The notes under the pieces: model-generated
The model's database searches: none
Told to the model about the DNA's origin: nothing
Seen by the model: only the letters and a program-made list of their open reading frames with translations
Shown here: piece by piece, positions 1 through 8,614 of the stretch
How the letters are laid out: every line of letters starts with the position of its first letter
Numbering within the stretch: the stretch's first letter is position 1
Origin: Candidatus Latescibacterota bacterium
GTDB lineage: Bacteria > Latescibacterota > UBA2968 > UBA8231
DNA length: 64,000 nucleotides
Assembly: GCA_965200315.1 (NCBI GenBank)
Contig: OZ241362.1
Span: forward strand, 4,032,001-4,096,000
Direction: 5' to 3'
Position numbers and translations under genes: made by a program

Positions 1-1
1 C

Positions 2-952
2 GAACTGACCGGCACCCAGTTTACCAGCATCATCCGCGCCGAAATTTTCATGGTGCCCATCGTGCTCTTCACCAGTTTTCTCTACGGCTCCTATATCTGG
101 AAACTGGCACCAATCCCCTCGGCCTCCTACCCCTATGCCCAGCTAATCTGGCGGCTGCGCGCCTACCAGCAATGCCTCTTTATCACCGGCACCATGCGCA
201 GCGAACTGGCCATAGACCAAGATCGGGCGGGGTGGACCCCTGCTAACCTGATTGAAAACGAGTGGTGGTACTGGCGGGTGCGGCTGGTGGATCAGGAGTG
301 GCTGGACTCCAACGGCAAGCGCGGCCAAATCGGGCCGTGGATGCCGACCCAAGTTTTCTACTCGTACTTCGAGCAAGGGACACCCGATATCGTTGTCGAG
401 CGCTATCTGCGCGACGCGCAGCTAGCCGAAGAGGAAATTGTCGAGGGCCTGCCAGCGATTGCGCCACTGGAGCCGGCTATGGACGCCGTCATCCGCGCTC
501 CCCGTCCGACCCTCGAAGTGCAAGTCGAGCGGGCCGTGCCAGCGGGATGGTCTTTCTACTTTGAAGTTGATACCGATCCGCTCTTTACCAGCTCTTGGAT
601 CCAGCGCTCCACCGATGAGCCTTGGCTCTTTAAGGCCCTAAAAGAAGAGGTCATCGCCTTTGGGGCCATCTTCGGGCTGGTGAGCTTCATTCTGCTGTCC
701 ATTCTCGGACTGCCGATCCTGCTGATCTTTGGCTTCGTGCGCTCGCTGACGACCCTGCCGCATTTCGTGGTGACTGAGATCATCGGTGCGCTCTTAGCTC
801 GCTACTACTTTTGGAACAAGTACGGGCGGCAGGAATGGCGGCAGTTTGCCCCTATTCTGGCAGTGGGCTTTTCCTGCGGCATGGCACTGATGGGTATGGC
901 GTCGGTGGGGATCGCCCTGATCCAGAAATCGGTCTCGGTGCTGATCTTCTAG
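2..952 (+). CDS. OPT-like/peptide-transporter-type multi-pass membrane protein, 5'-truncated by window edge
   Basis: Frame open from nt 2 (ELTGTQFTSIIRAEIFMVP...). Hydrophobic helices plus motifs IWKLAPIPS.SYPYAQ and LAVGFSCGMALMG. Soluble insert at about 194-619. Confidence 0.6.
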   Translation, partial: ELTGTQFTSIIRAEIFMVPIVLFTSFLYGSYIWKLAPIPSASYPYAQLIWRLRAYQQCLFITGTMRSELAIDQDRAGWTPANLIENEWWYWRVRLVDQEWLDSNGKRGQIGPWMPTQVFYSYFEQGTPDIVVERYLRDAQLAEEEIVEGLPAIAPLEPAMDAVIRAPRPTLEVQVERAVPAGWSFYFEVDTDPLFTSSWIQRSTDEPWLFKALKEEVIAFGAIFGLVSFILLSILGLPILLIFGFVRSLTTLPHFVVTEIIGALLARYYFWNKYGRQEWRQFAPILAVGFSCGMALMGMASVGIALIQKSVSVLIF

Positions 953-953
953 C

Positions 954-1949
954 ATGAGCGACTGGGTAGATTTCGCTTGGCAAGGGCTGCGGCTGTCCGT
1001 GCCCGACGACTGGAACCTCGGCCGAGTTGACGGGGACTTTGAAAAGGGCTATGCCCGCCTCGACGACGCCGAAATCGTGCGCGCCGAAATCGAATGGCGG
1101 CGTCTCAAAGGCCGCGGCGAGGCCCTGCGCCTGACCGAACTGGTAGATCGCTACTTGGCCAACCTGCAAAAGAAGGCCCAAAAGGTCGATGCCCCCTTTG
1201 AGGTTCAGCGCCGCGCTCGATTCCTCAAAAACAAGAAATTCCTCGAAGGCCGCGAATACGAGGTCTTCATCTGGGAGGCTGACTTCCGCGCGTACAACCT
1301 AGCGCTCGCCTTGGAGTCCGGCCGGGTTGTGCTCCTGAGAGTGCTGGCCAAGCTAGACGAGTTTTTGCCCGAGCAAGCCGAGGCTGTGTTTAGCTCGCTC
1401 GTCGATCAAGAAGCCAAGGCCGCTCATTTGTGGAGCGTGTACGGCTTGCGGTTTTTTGCGCCCAGCGACCTTAAGCTACAAAGCCATTCCCTCAAGTCGG
1501 GCCATATTGAGCTAGAGTTCTCTCTCGGCAAACAGGTTCTAAAAGTGCATCGATTGAGCATGGCCCGGATCATGCTCAAAGACGCGCACATCCAAGACTG
1601 GTATCCGGTCTTTTTTAAGAAACAACTGCGCGACTTCGTGGTGGACATTATTCCAGAAGCCGTGCAGGAACACGAGGGCATTCGCATCGAAGGGCGGCCG
1701 CGCAGCCGCTGGCGTCAGCTACTGAGGCCCCTACCCTTTATGAATCCGAGGCCGCGCCTATACATGCGGGGGCGCGTCTGGCGCGATACCAGCATCGACA
1801 AAATCGCCATCATCGAGCACCTCTACCGCAAGAAAGACGCAAAAGACGACGAGCTAGTCGCCAAGGTAGTAGATGGGCATTTTATCAAAAAACAAGGGAC
1901 CCAAGCTGAGCCGGGCCGCCATGCTGGCGTCGCGGCCAACGCGCAATGA
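954..1949 (+). CDS. hypothetical protein with two internally repeated domains (PsbP/Mog1-like starts)
   Basis: 331-aa ORF starting 1 nt after the upstream stop. Repeated motif WQGLRLSVPDDW / VYGLRFFAPSDL. Confidence 0.7.
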   Translation: MSDWVDFAWQGLRLSVPDDWNLGRVDGDFEKGYARLDDAEIVRAEIEWRRLKGRGEALRLTELVDRYLANLQKKAQKVDAPFEVQRRARFLKNKKFLEGREYEVFIWEADFRAYNLALALESGRVVLLRVLAKLDEFLPEQAEAVFSSLVDQEAKAAHLWSVYGLRFFAPSDLKLQSHSLKSGHIELEFSLGKQVLKVHRLSMARIMLKDAHIQDWYPVFFKKQLRDFVVDIIPEAVQEHEGIRIEGRPRSRWRQLLRPLPFMNPRPRLYMRGRVWRDTSIDKIAIIEHLYRKKDAKDDELVAKVVDGHFIKKQGTQAEPGRHAGVAANAQ

Positions 1950-2322
1950 GTCCCTGCGCTGGGAAGACAACGACAACGGCGAGACCCAAGTATTCATAAC
2001 GCGCCAGAACACCTGGAAGGTGCGGCTGTTGTCCAAGTTTTTCTATATCCCCAAGCAGCGCAAAATCACCCTCGACGAAGTCGGCAGCGAGGTCTGGCGG
2101 ATGTGCAACGGCCGCAACTCGGTTGGCGATATGATCGCAGAGCTCAGCGACAAGTACCAGCTCAACCGCAAAGAGGCCGAGGTCTCCCTGCTCCAGTATT
2201 TGAAGACCCTTGGGCAAAAGCGCTTTATCGGCTTCGTACTAGAGGGCGACAAGAGGCCGCCTGATCGCGGCGCGGCCAGCGGAAAAAAATGGCAAAACAA
2301 ATCGAGCGGGGCGAGCAATTAG
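1873..2322 (+). CDS. PqqD family (RiPP recognition element-like) protein
   Basis: ITLDEVGSEVWRMCNGRNSVGDMIAELSDKY...SLLQYLKTLGQKRFI matches the PqqD three-strand/three-helix pattern. Confidence 0.8.
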   Translation: MGILSKNKGPKLSRAAMLASRPTRNESLRWEDNDNGETQVFITRQNTWKVRLLSKFFYIPKQRKITLDEVGSEVWRMCNGRNSVGDMIAELSDKYQLNRKEAEVSLLQYLKTLGQKRFIGFVLEGDKRPPDRGAASGKKWQNKSSGASN

Positions 2323-2909
2323 CTCGTCCCTTTTTTCGTCTGCATCCGCACCGAGTCGCACACTTCCTCTCCCACTTGCTCAATCCCGCACTGCTGGCAT
2401 TCTTGGTCTTCGGCGTCCAAGCGCATGTGCTGGGCGACTGGTTCGCCGGTTCGGTGGCCATTGGAACCTTCTCTGTGGTGCCCGGATTGCTACTCTGGCA
2501 CTTGGTGCGGGCGGGCTATCTCGACAAAGCCTATACAGACGACCGCAACAAGCGCGCTACCCTGCTCTTGCTGGGCGCTCTTTGCTACACCTTGGGGGCG
2601 GCGGCTCTCTACGGGGTCGGAGCTCCGCCCCTGATGCTGGTCACGGCCGCGTCCTGTGCCGTTAGTACGCTCTTGGTTTGGTGGATCAATCGCTCCTACA
2701 AGATCAGCATCCACGCGGCTGGTGTCGGGGGGGCGACCTGCGTATTGTTGGTCAGCGTCGGCAGCGTAGCGTGGCCCTTCTTACTCAGTTGGCCCGCTGT
2801 CGCTTGGGCGCGGCTTTACTTGCGGGCGCATACTCCCATGCAGGTCGTCGCGGGCGGCGCGCTGGGCGCGGGGAGTACGGCCATGCTGTACAGTGCTTTC
2901 ATATTGTGA
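2289..2909 (+). CDS. PAP2-superfamily membrane protein
   Basis: Multiple TM segments. KISIHAAG and WARLYLRAHT..QV..G are PAP2-like C2/C3 motifs. Confidence 0.65.
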   Translation: MAKQIERGEQLARPFFRLHPHRVAHFLSHLLNPALLAFLVFGVQAHVLGDWFAGSVAIGTFSVVPGLLLWHLVRAGYLDKAYTDDRNKRATLLLLGALCYTLGAAALYGVGAPPLMLVTAASCAVSTLLVWWINRSYKISIHAAGVGGATCVLLVSVGSVAWPFLLSWPAVAWARLYLRAHTPMQVVAGGALGAGSTAMLYSAFIL

Positions 2910-2918
2910 GCGCGGCAG

Positions 2919-5057
2919 ATGAACCAATCGTATAAAGGCTTTATAGATCGCCTGACCTACCACAACCCGGAAAACGGCTATACCATTGCGCGCTTAGTCG
3001 TTGAGGGCCAGCGGGAGCGGATCGCAATCGTGGGGGCGATTGCCTCCATCCAAGAGGGCGAGAGCGTCGAAGTCGAAGGCGTGTGGACCCAGCATCCCAA
3101 ATACGGCAAACAGCTCAAGGTGGAGCGCTATAAGGCCGTTTATCCCTCGACTCTCGAAGGCATGCAAAAGTACCTCGGGTCTGGTTTGATCAAAGGCGTC
3201 GGGCCGAAGTCGGCCAAGCGCATCGTCGATCACTTTGGCGCGGAAACGCTCGACATCATCGACGCAGATGCCCGCCGGCTAGAGGAAGTGCCCAAGCTGG
3301 GCAAAAAGCGGGTCGAGCTGATTGCCGCGGCTTGGGACGAGCAGCGGCAAATCAAGGACGTGATGGTCTTTTTGCAGTCGCACGGGATTACCACCGGCTA
3401 CGCGGTAAAAATTTTTAAGACCTACGGCCAAGAGGCCATCCAAAAGGTCCGCAGCGATCCCTATCGCCTAGAGCGCGATGTGGATGGGATCGGCTTCCGC
3501 ATCGCCGACCGCATTGCCCAGTGCTTGGGCCTCGGCCGCGACGCCCCCGAGCGCGTACAGGCCGGCATCCGCTACCTGCTCTCCGAAGCGGCCGACGAAG
3601 GCCACGTGTACCTGCCGGCCGTCGAAATGATGGAGCGGGCCATCGAAATTTTGGACATCAACGCCGAACTGCTGCCGCCGGCATTGGAGGCCCTGCGCAC
3701 TGACGACGGCGTAGTCACCGAAGACATGCACTACTATCTGCCGCCGCTCCACCGCGCCGAAGTGGGTGCCGCATCGTCGCTAAAGCGGCTTTTGCGAGCA
3801 CCAGCCGAAGAATTGGCCGTGCCCTCAGAAGCTGAAGACGAGCTGGAATTGGCTCCGGCGCAAAGACAGGCTGTGGAACTGGTCGCCACGAGCAAGGTGC
3901 TGGTGCTAACCGGCGGGCCGGGCACCGGCAAGACTACGGTCACGCGGCGCATTTTGCACCTGTTGGAGGAAGGCGGCCTCAAGGTCGCGCTGTGCTCGCC
4001 TACGGGCCGCGCTGCCAAGCGGTTGAGCGAGGCCAGCGGGCGCGAGGCCAAGACCATTCATCGGCTGCTCGGATTTCAGCCGGGCGAGCGGCAGTTCAAA
4101 AAGGGCTACGACGACCGCCTGGAGCTCGACGCGCTGATCGTCGATGAGGCTTCCATGATCGACGTGGTGCTGTTGAACGCACTCCTGCGCGCCCTGCCCG
4201 ACCGCGCTCGGCTGATATTAGTCGGCGACATCGACCAGTTGCCTTCGGTGGGGCCGGGCAACGTGCTCCGCGACATCATCGACTCCGCAGAAGTGCCGGT
4301 GGTGCGCCTGACGCAAATTTTTCGCCAAGCTCAAAAAAGCCACATCATCCGCAACGCGCACCGCATCAACAGCGGCGAAATGCCCGTTATCGACAACCAT
4401 GCGGCAGCGGATTTCTACTTCGTCCGCGAGGGCGACCCGAAAAAAGTGGTCGAGCTGGTGGAGGAGTTGTGCGCCACGCGGCTGCCCAGCTATCGGGGGT
4501 GGGATCGGCGCAGCGACATCCAAGTGCTGTCGCCCATGTACCGCGGCGAGACTGGCGCACTCAACCTCAACCAGCGGCTGCAACAGTGCCTCAATCCGCA
4601 CGGCCAAGCGCACCGCCATCGCGGGGCCGAGTTCCGGGTGGGTGACAAGGTCATGCAGGTCAAGAACAACTACGACAAGGGCGTTTTTAACGGCGACATC
4701 GGCACGGTCGAGCGGCTCGATGCCGAAAAGCAGGTACTCTACGTGCGCTTTGACTACACCCTCGAATACGATCAAGTCGATCTCGACCAGCTTACCCTCG
4801 CCTACGCCATCAGCATCCACCGCTCTCAGGGGTCGGAATTTCCCGTGGTGGTGCTGCCGCTGACGACTCAGCACTACATTATGCTACAGCGCAACCTGCT
4901 CTACACGGCCATTACCCGCGCCAAGCAAATGATCGTCATCGTCGGCACCCCCAAGGCCCTCAAGCTAGCCATTGCCAACGACAAGGTCGCCCAGCGTTAC
5001 ACCACGCTCAAGGAGTGGCTGCGCGGCGAGGTCGGCACGGTGCTGGAAGCGGGTTGA
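2919..5057 (+). CDS. recD2: ATP-dependent RecD-like DNA helicase RecD2
   Basis: N-terminal OB/HhH region (YLGSGLIKGVGP), Walker A GGPGTGKT, DEASM, GDIDQLPSVGPG, HRSQGSEF, LYTAITRA. Confidence 0.95.
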   Translation: MNQSYKGFIDRLTYHNPENGYTIARLVVEGQRERIAIVGAIASIQEGESVEVEGVWTQHPKYGKQLKVERYKAVYPSTLEGMQKYLGSGLIKGVGPKSAKRIVDHFGAETLDIIDADARRLEEVPKLGKKRVELIAAAWDEQRQIKDVMVFLQSHGITTGYAVKIFKTYGQEAIQKVRSDPYRLERDVDGIGFRIADRIAQCLGLGRDAPERVQAGIRYLLSEAADEGHVYLPAVEMMERAIEILDINAELLPPALEALRTDDGVVTEDMHYYLPPLHRAEVGAASSLKRLLRAPAEELAVPSEAEDELELAPAQRQAVELVATSKVLVLTGGPGTGKTTVTRRILHLLEEGGLKVALCSPTGRAAKRLSEASGREAKTIHRLLGFQPGERQFKKGYDDRLELDALIVDEASMIDVVLLNALLRALPDRARLILVGDIDQLPSVGPGNVLRDIIDSAEVPVVRLTQIFRQAQKSHIIRNAHRINSGEMPVIDNHAAADFYFVREGDPKKVVELVEELCATRLPSYRGWDRRSDIQVLSPMYRGETGALNLNQRLQQCLNPHGQAHRHRGAEFRVGDKVMQVKNNYDKGVFNGDIGTVERLDAEKQVLYVRFDYTLEYDQVDLDQLTLAYAISIHRSQGSEFPVVVLPLTTQHYIMLQRNLLYTAITRAKQMIVIVGTPKALKLAIANDKVAQRYTTLKEWLRGEVGTVLEAG

Positions 5058-5194
5058 GTTGAGAGTCAGAATTGTTCGCTGGTGAACTTATTGACTGACG
5101 TTGCGCTGCTTGTGCCGCGAGCGTGTCCAGTGATTCGCCGGGGCCACTTCCTACACCCAAATGCACAACATGACTTATTGAAGGGGTATATTCG

Positions 5195-5974
5195 ATGAAT
5201 GAGTACCATGCTGCCAATAGGAAACGCTGGAATCTAGCCGCGCCTCAATACGCGGAAAAGCACGACCAAAATGGCACTTGGCGGATTGCCCATCAGCGAC
5301 CAGAAGTCGTCTTCCGCGAGCGAGAATTGGAGCTGATGGGCACGGTCCGCTGCCGAGACGTTTGCGTTCTCGGCAGCGGCGATAACATCGCCGTATTCGC
5401 CTTGGCGGGAATGGGTGCCCATGTAACCTCGGTTGACATTTCTAGCGAGCAACTAAAGGTGGCGCGGCAACGATCAACGGAACTCGGATTGACCGTTCAG
5501 TACGTCGAAGCAGATGTTGTGGACCTTAGCGGTCTAGAGAGTACAGCATTCGATCTCGTTTACACCGGCGGTCACGTCGGCGTCTGGGTCTCCGATCTCC
5601 GAGCGTACTACCGAGAGGCCATTCGCATTCTTCGCTCAGGAGGCCTGCTCCTGATCAACGAATATCATCCCTTCAGGAGGATCTGGAAGGACCAAGAAAC
5701 GGCGTTAGAGGTTGGGTTCAGCTACTTTGACAATGGACCACATAAGTACGGCCCTTCAGCAGAGCTGCTAGAACGGTCATCTGGAAATGTAGTGCAGTAC
5801 GAATTTCACTGGACGGTTTCCCAGTATCTCAATGCCGTTATCGAGCAAGGAGTAGAGCTGGTCAAGTTTGAAGAAATGGGCGACGACGCCGAAGGCTGGG
5901 AGTACGCTCCCCTTGAAGGATTGCCCCAAATGCTGGTGATCGCTGGCCGGAAGATGCCCGCTTCGGCTTCTTAA
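5195..5974 (+). CDS. class I SAM-dependent methyltransferase
   Basis: VCVLGSGD, VTSVDIS, FDLVYTG, ILRSGGLL..EYHP. GC appears lower than in flanking genes. Confidence 0.85.
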   Translation: MNEYHAANRKRWNLAAPQYAEKHDQNGTWRIAHQRPEVVFRERELELMGTVRCRDVCVLGSGDNIAVFALAGMGAHVTSVDISSEQLKVARQRSTELGLTVQYVEADVVDLSGLESTAFDLVYTGGHVGVWVSDLRAYYREAIRILRSGGLLLINEYHPFRRIWKDQETALEVGFSYFDNGPHKYGPSAELLERSSGNVVQYEFHWTVSQYLNAVIEQGVELVKFEEMGDDAEGWEYAPLEGLPQMLVIAGRKMPASAS

Positions 5975-6090
5975 AAGTTCGTTCGGAGATGGCCTTAACC
6001 GCGCGCCTGATCCAGCGTCAAAAAATGGCGTGTAGAGCACGTCTTCTTTTGCCAGTAGGCGCGTCGGCAGCCACTTTGCGCGGAAGGTAC

Positions 6091-7560
6091 TCACGCGACG
6101 GAAACCTTGTCGTCCTCAACCGTTACCGCGCCGTCCTGCACCAGCTTTTTCAGCACAGATCCTACCTTGCGATTCGCTTTGGCCGTTAGGTGGCGAAAGC
6201 CCATCAGCGACAGGGCCGCAGAAATGGCCTCTTCTTCCGCCAAGCTAAAGGCCGCACGGATTACCGCGAGCAAGGCCGCGCCAATTTCCTCGTCGGGCAC
6301 CAACTCGATTTTCTTGGCGGCGGGTGGCAGGTCCGAGCGGTCGCGCACCCTCACCGGCTCGTCGCTATCGGCAAACAGGAAGTCGCCTTTGAGGTGGAGG
6401 AAGCCGTTCCTTTGACCGTATGCAGCGGCCCGTTTTATATGCTCTAGCATTCGCGAACCCACGCGGGCAAAACCGGCCGAGTCAGCGAGCCGCCGCGCCG
6501 CCTCTGTCAGGTGAACCGGGCCTTCAATGCCGATCACCTCGCGCATGGCTTGGGCGACATCCTCTAGGGCCAACTCGTGGAGCTCGTCGAATTCGTCAAT
6601 GCCCAAATCGCCCGTGGCCAACACATAAGCGGCGGCCTGCAAGTTGTTTTCCGTCGGCTCACCGCGCTCGATGCGCTTGGGTTGCGCTGCGGAGCGGGGC
6701 TGTTCGGCGTGTGTTTCTTTCGCCTCGTAAAAGCGCAGTGCTTGCTCAATGGAATCCTTGAGGCGGACGCTTTCTCCATGGGTATTGCGGAACCAGTCAG
6801 TACTCCAAATGCGATGGAAGCGCCAACCCAAGCCCTCCAGCACACTCTGGCGCAAACGGTCGCGGTCGCGGGCCGTTGCCGAGCTGTGGTAAGTCGCGCC
6901 ATCGCACTCTACCCAGCGCGGCTGACGATCCACGCCATCGGCCACTTCTTTTAAGTACCTATCAATGTCTAGCTCTTCCCCGAACTCCGGCAACGCTATC
7001 TCGAACTCGCTTTTTAGTTTGTTGGCAAGCGTCAGATTCGCACCGAGAAAGGCCTGCGTGTACGCCACCTTGTAACGCGCTCTCGCACTGCCGCGCTCCA
7101 AGGCGACCGGCACTAATACGAGCGGTGCTTTGCGGGGCGTGGAGGAGTTTTCGTCTTCATACCAAATCAAGAAGCCCAAGGCCAGATACAAAAGATCGAC
7201 GCCCTGCTCTTGGTAGTAGCCCTCGGCCTCTGCGCTGATCTTGATCAGTCTTTTATCCAGCGCGTCCTCGGCGAGTTTGGTTTGCAGGCGGTTATCGGTA
7301 TGGCGGCGGTCTCCGTATTGGTCTTCCAAAATTTTGGGCAGTGCCTGCGGGTCGCTTTCGTCCTCCAGCGACGCGGGCAGCGGGATAAAAGCCATGGGCT
7401 TTTGCTCGGCGACCAATATCTGAAATACCTCCCGCGCCCGCTCGTCGATCACTTCGAGCGTTTTCGCGCCGGAACGAAAATTGAGCAGCGTGTTGCCACG
7501 CAGGCCCATATCCAACAATTCCGCCCGGCTGACTTCCAGTTTCTCTGCTAAAAGTTGCAT
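6091..7560 (-). pseudogene. DUF4011-helicase-Vsr-like nuclease-DUF3320 (Hhe-type defence) gene with in-frame deletion of the helicase core
   Basis: DUF4011 N-terminus (LLDMGLRGNTLLNF...LYLALGFL.W...APLVLVPV) joined directly at DRQPRW|VECDGATYH to the nuclease tail (RDRDRLRQ.VLEGLGW.FHRIWSTDW) and a wHTH-like C-terminus. Only 489 aa, with no Walker motifs. Confidence 0.75.
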
Positions 7561-7871
7561 GTTAGTGGTAACTCAGGAGTGAGGCGTGGCTTTTGAGGCG
7601 TTGCGAAAATGGCATATAGAATGCGCCTTTCTTGGTCCGCTAGGCGCGGAAGATGGCGGCGGGCACTTTGTCCGGCGCGGCGACCCCCAAAACCCGTCGA
7701 GCCCTATAGCGGTCCTAAATCACTTGCGGCGTTTGCCGGGTTGTGCTCTCATCGACTTGGCCCGGCCGGTGCCTAATGGTCCGTCCGTGCGTCCTTGGGG
7801 AGGACCCCGCGATGCGCCGCATCGCACGAATGAGGTAGGCTTGCTATATCATCGTTAGCGACCGGGGCCCT

Positions 7872-8600
7872 CTACAAGGTGTCGCGCAACAGCCAGCGCA
7901 CGGCGTTTTGCTGCAACTTCTCGTAGGCCGGGTTCCACAGCGCGGGGATGGTGTGTCCCGGTGATAGATAGCACACGCGGCCCGCGCCGTACTCGTAAGC
8001 CCAAGCCGCCTCGCACGTGGTGCCCAAGTCCTGCCAAGTATGCCCATCGTCGTTGACGCTGACGGCCAAGACCTCGGCTGGGTCCTTGTCGTAGTGCATG
8101 AAGTGCTGCTCGTCCTCGACGACAAAGTCCTCCACGCCGTGCATTATGGGGTGATCTGGGCGCGTGATGTGAACTCGGTAGGGACGCACCGGTGGATGCC
8201 CTTGCGTAGTGGCCCCTAGCACGTGGCGGAAGTCGCTACTGCCCGGGGCGATGTACGTGGAATTGTGGTAGAAAAGAGCCGCTCCACCCGTCTCCACAAA
8301 GCTCCGCACGGCGCGGCCTTGGGACTCGGTAATCCACTGTACGGGACGGGATTCCTCAGCCTCGACGGGCGGCTCGCTGACAGACGCAGCCTCTAGGCCA
8401 TAGCCATTGGGCCAGATCATGCCGTCGCGGAAGACGATCAGCAGCCGGTAGCTCGACAGATGTCGGGCGTTGAGTAGGGTGAGCTCGTCGGTAAAGTCAA
8501 CGGACAATCCTATGCCTTGGACCAAGGTGCGGCCCAAAGCCGTGCGGATGTAATCAGACGTGTGATAGCGGTCGCCCACTAGGGCAAAGGCCGTAGCCAT
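7872..8600 (-). CDS. ThuA-like (class I GATase-like) domain protein
   Basis: FVETGG, HPP..PY.V....PDHPIM.GV.DF...DEQH, YGAGRVCYLSPGH, NAVRWL. Confidence 0.8.
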   Translation of the reverse strand: MATAFALVGDRYHTSDYIRTALGRTLVQGIGLSVDFTDELTLLNARHLSSYRLLIVFRDGMIWPNGYGLEAASVSEPPVEAEESRPVQWITESQGRAVRSFVETGGAALFYHNSTYIAPGSSDFRHVLGATTQGHPPVRPYRVHITRPDHPIMHGVEDFVVEDEQHFMHYDKDPAEVLAVSVNDDGHTWQDLGTTCEAAWAYEYGAGRVCYLSPGHTIPALWNPAYEKLQQNAVRWLLRDTL

Positions 8601-8614
8601 GAATCGCCTCCTCC

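Noticed and set aside
5058-6090. Lower-GC methyltransferase as an integron cassette
   Set aside because: No convincing attC core and inverse-core pair could be identified.
7586-7858. 90-aa ORF and small hairpin (GCGATGCG-C-CGCATCGC) in the intergenic gap
   Set aside because: No RBS or recognisable motif, and no known ncRNA pattern.
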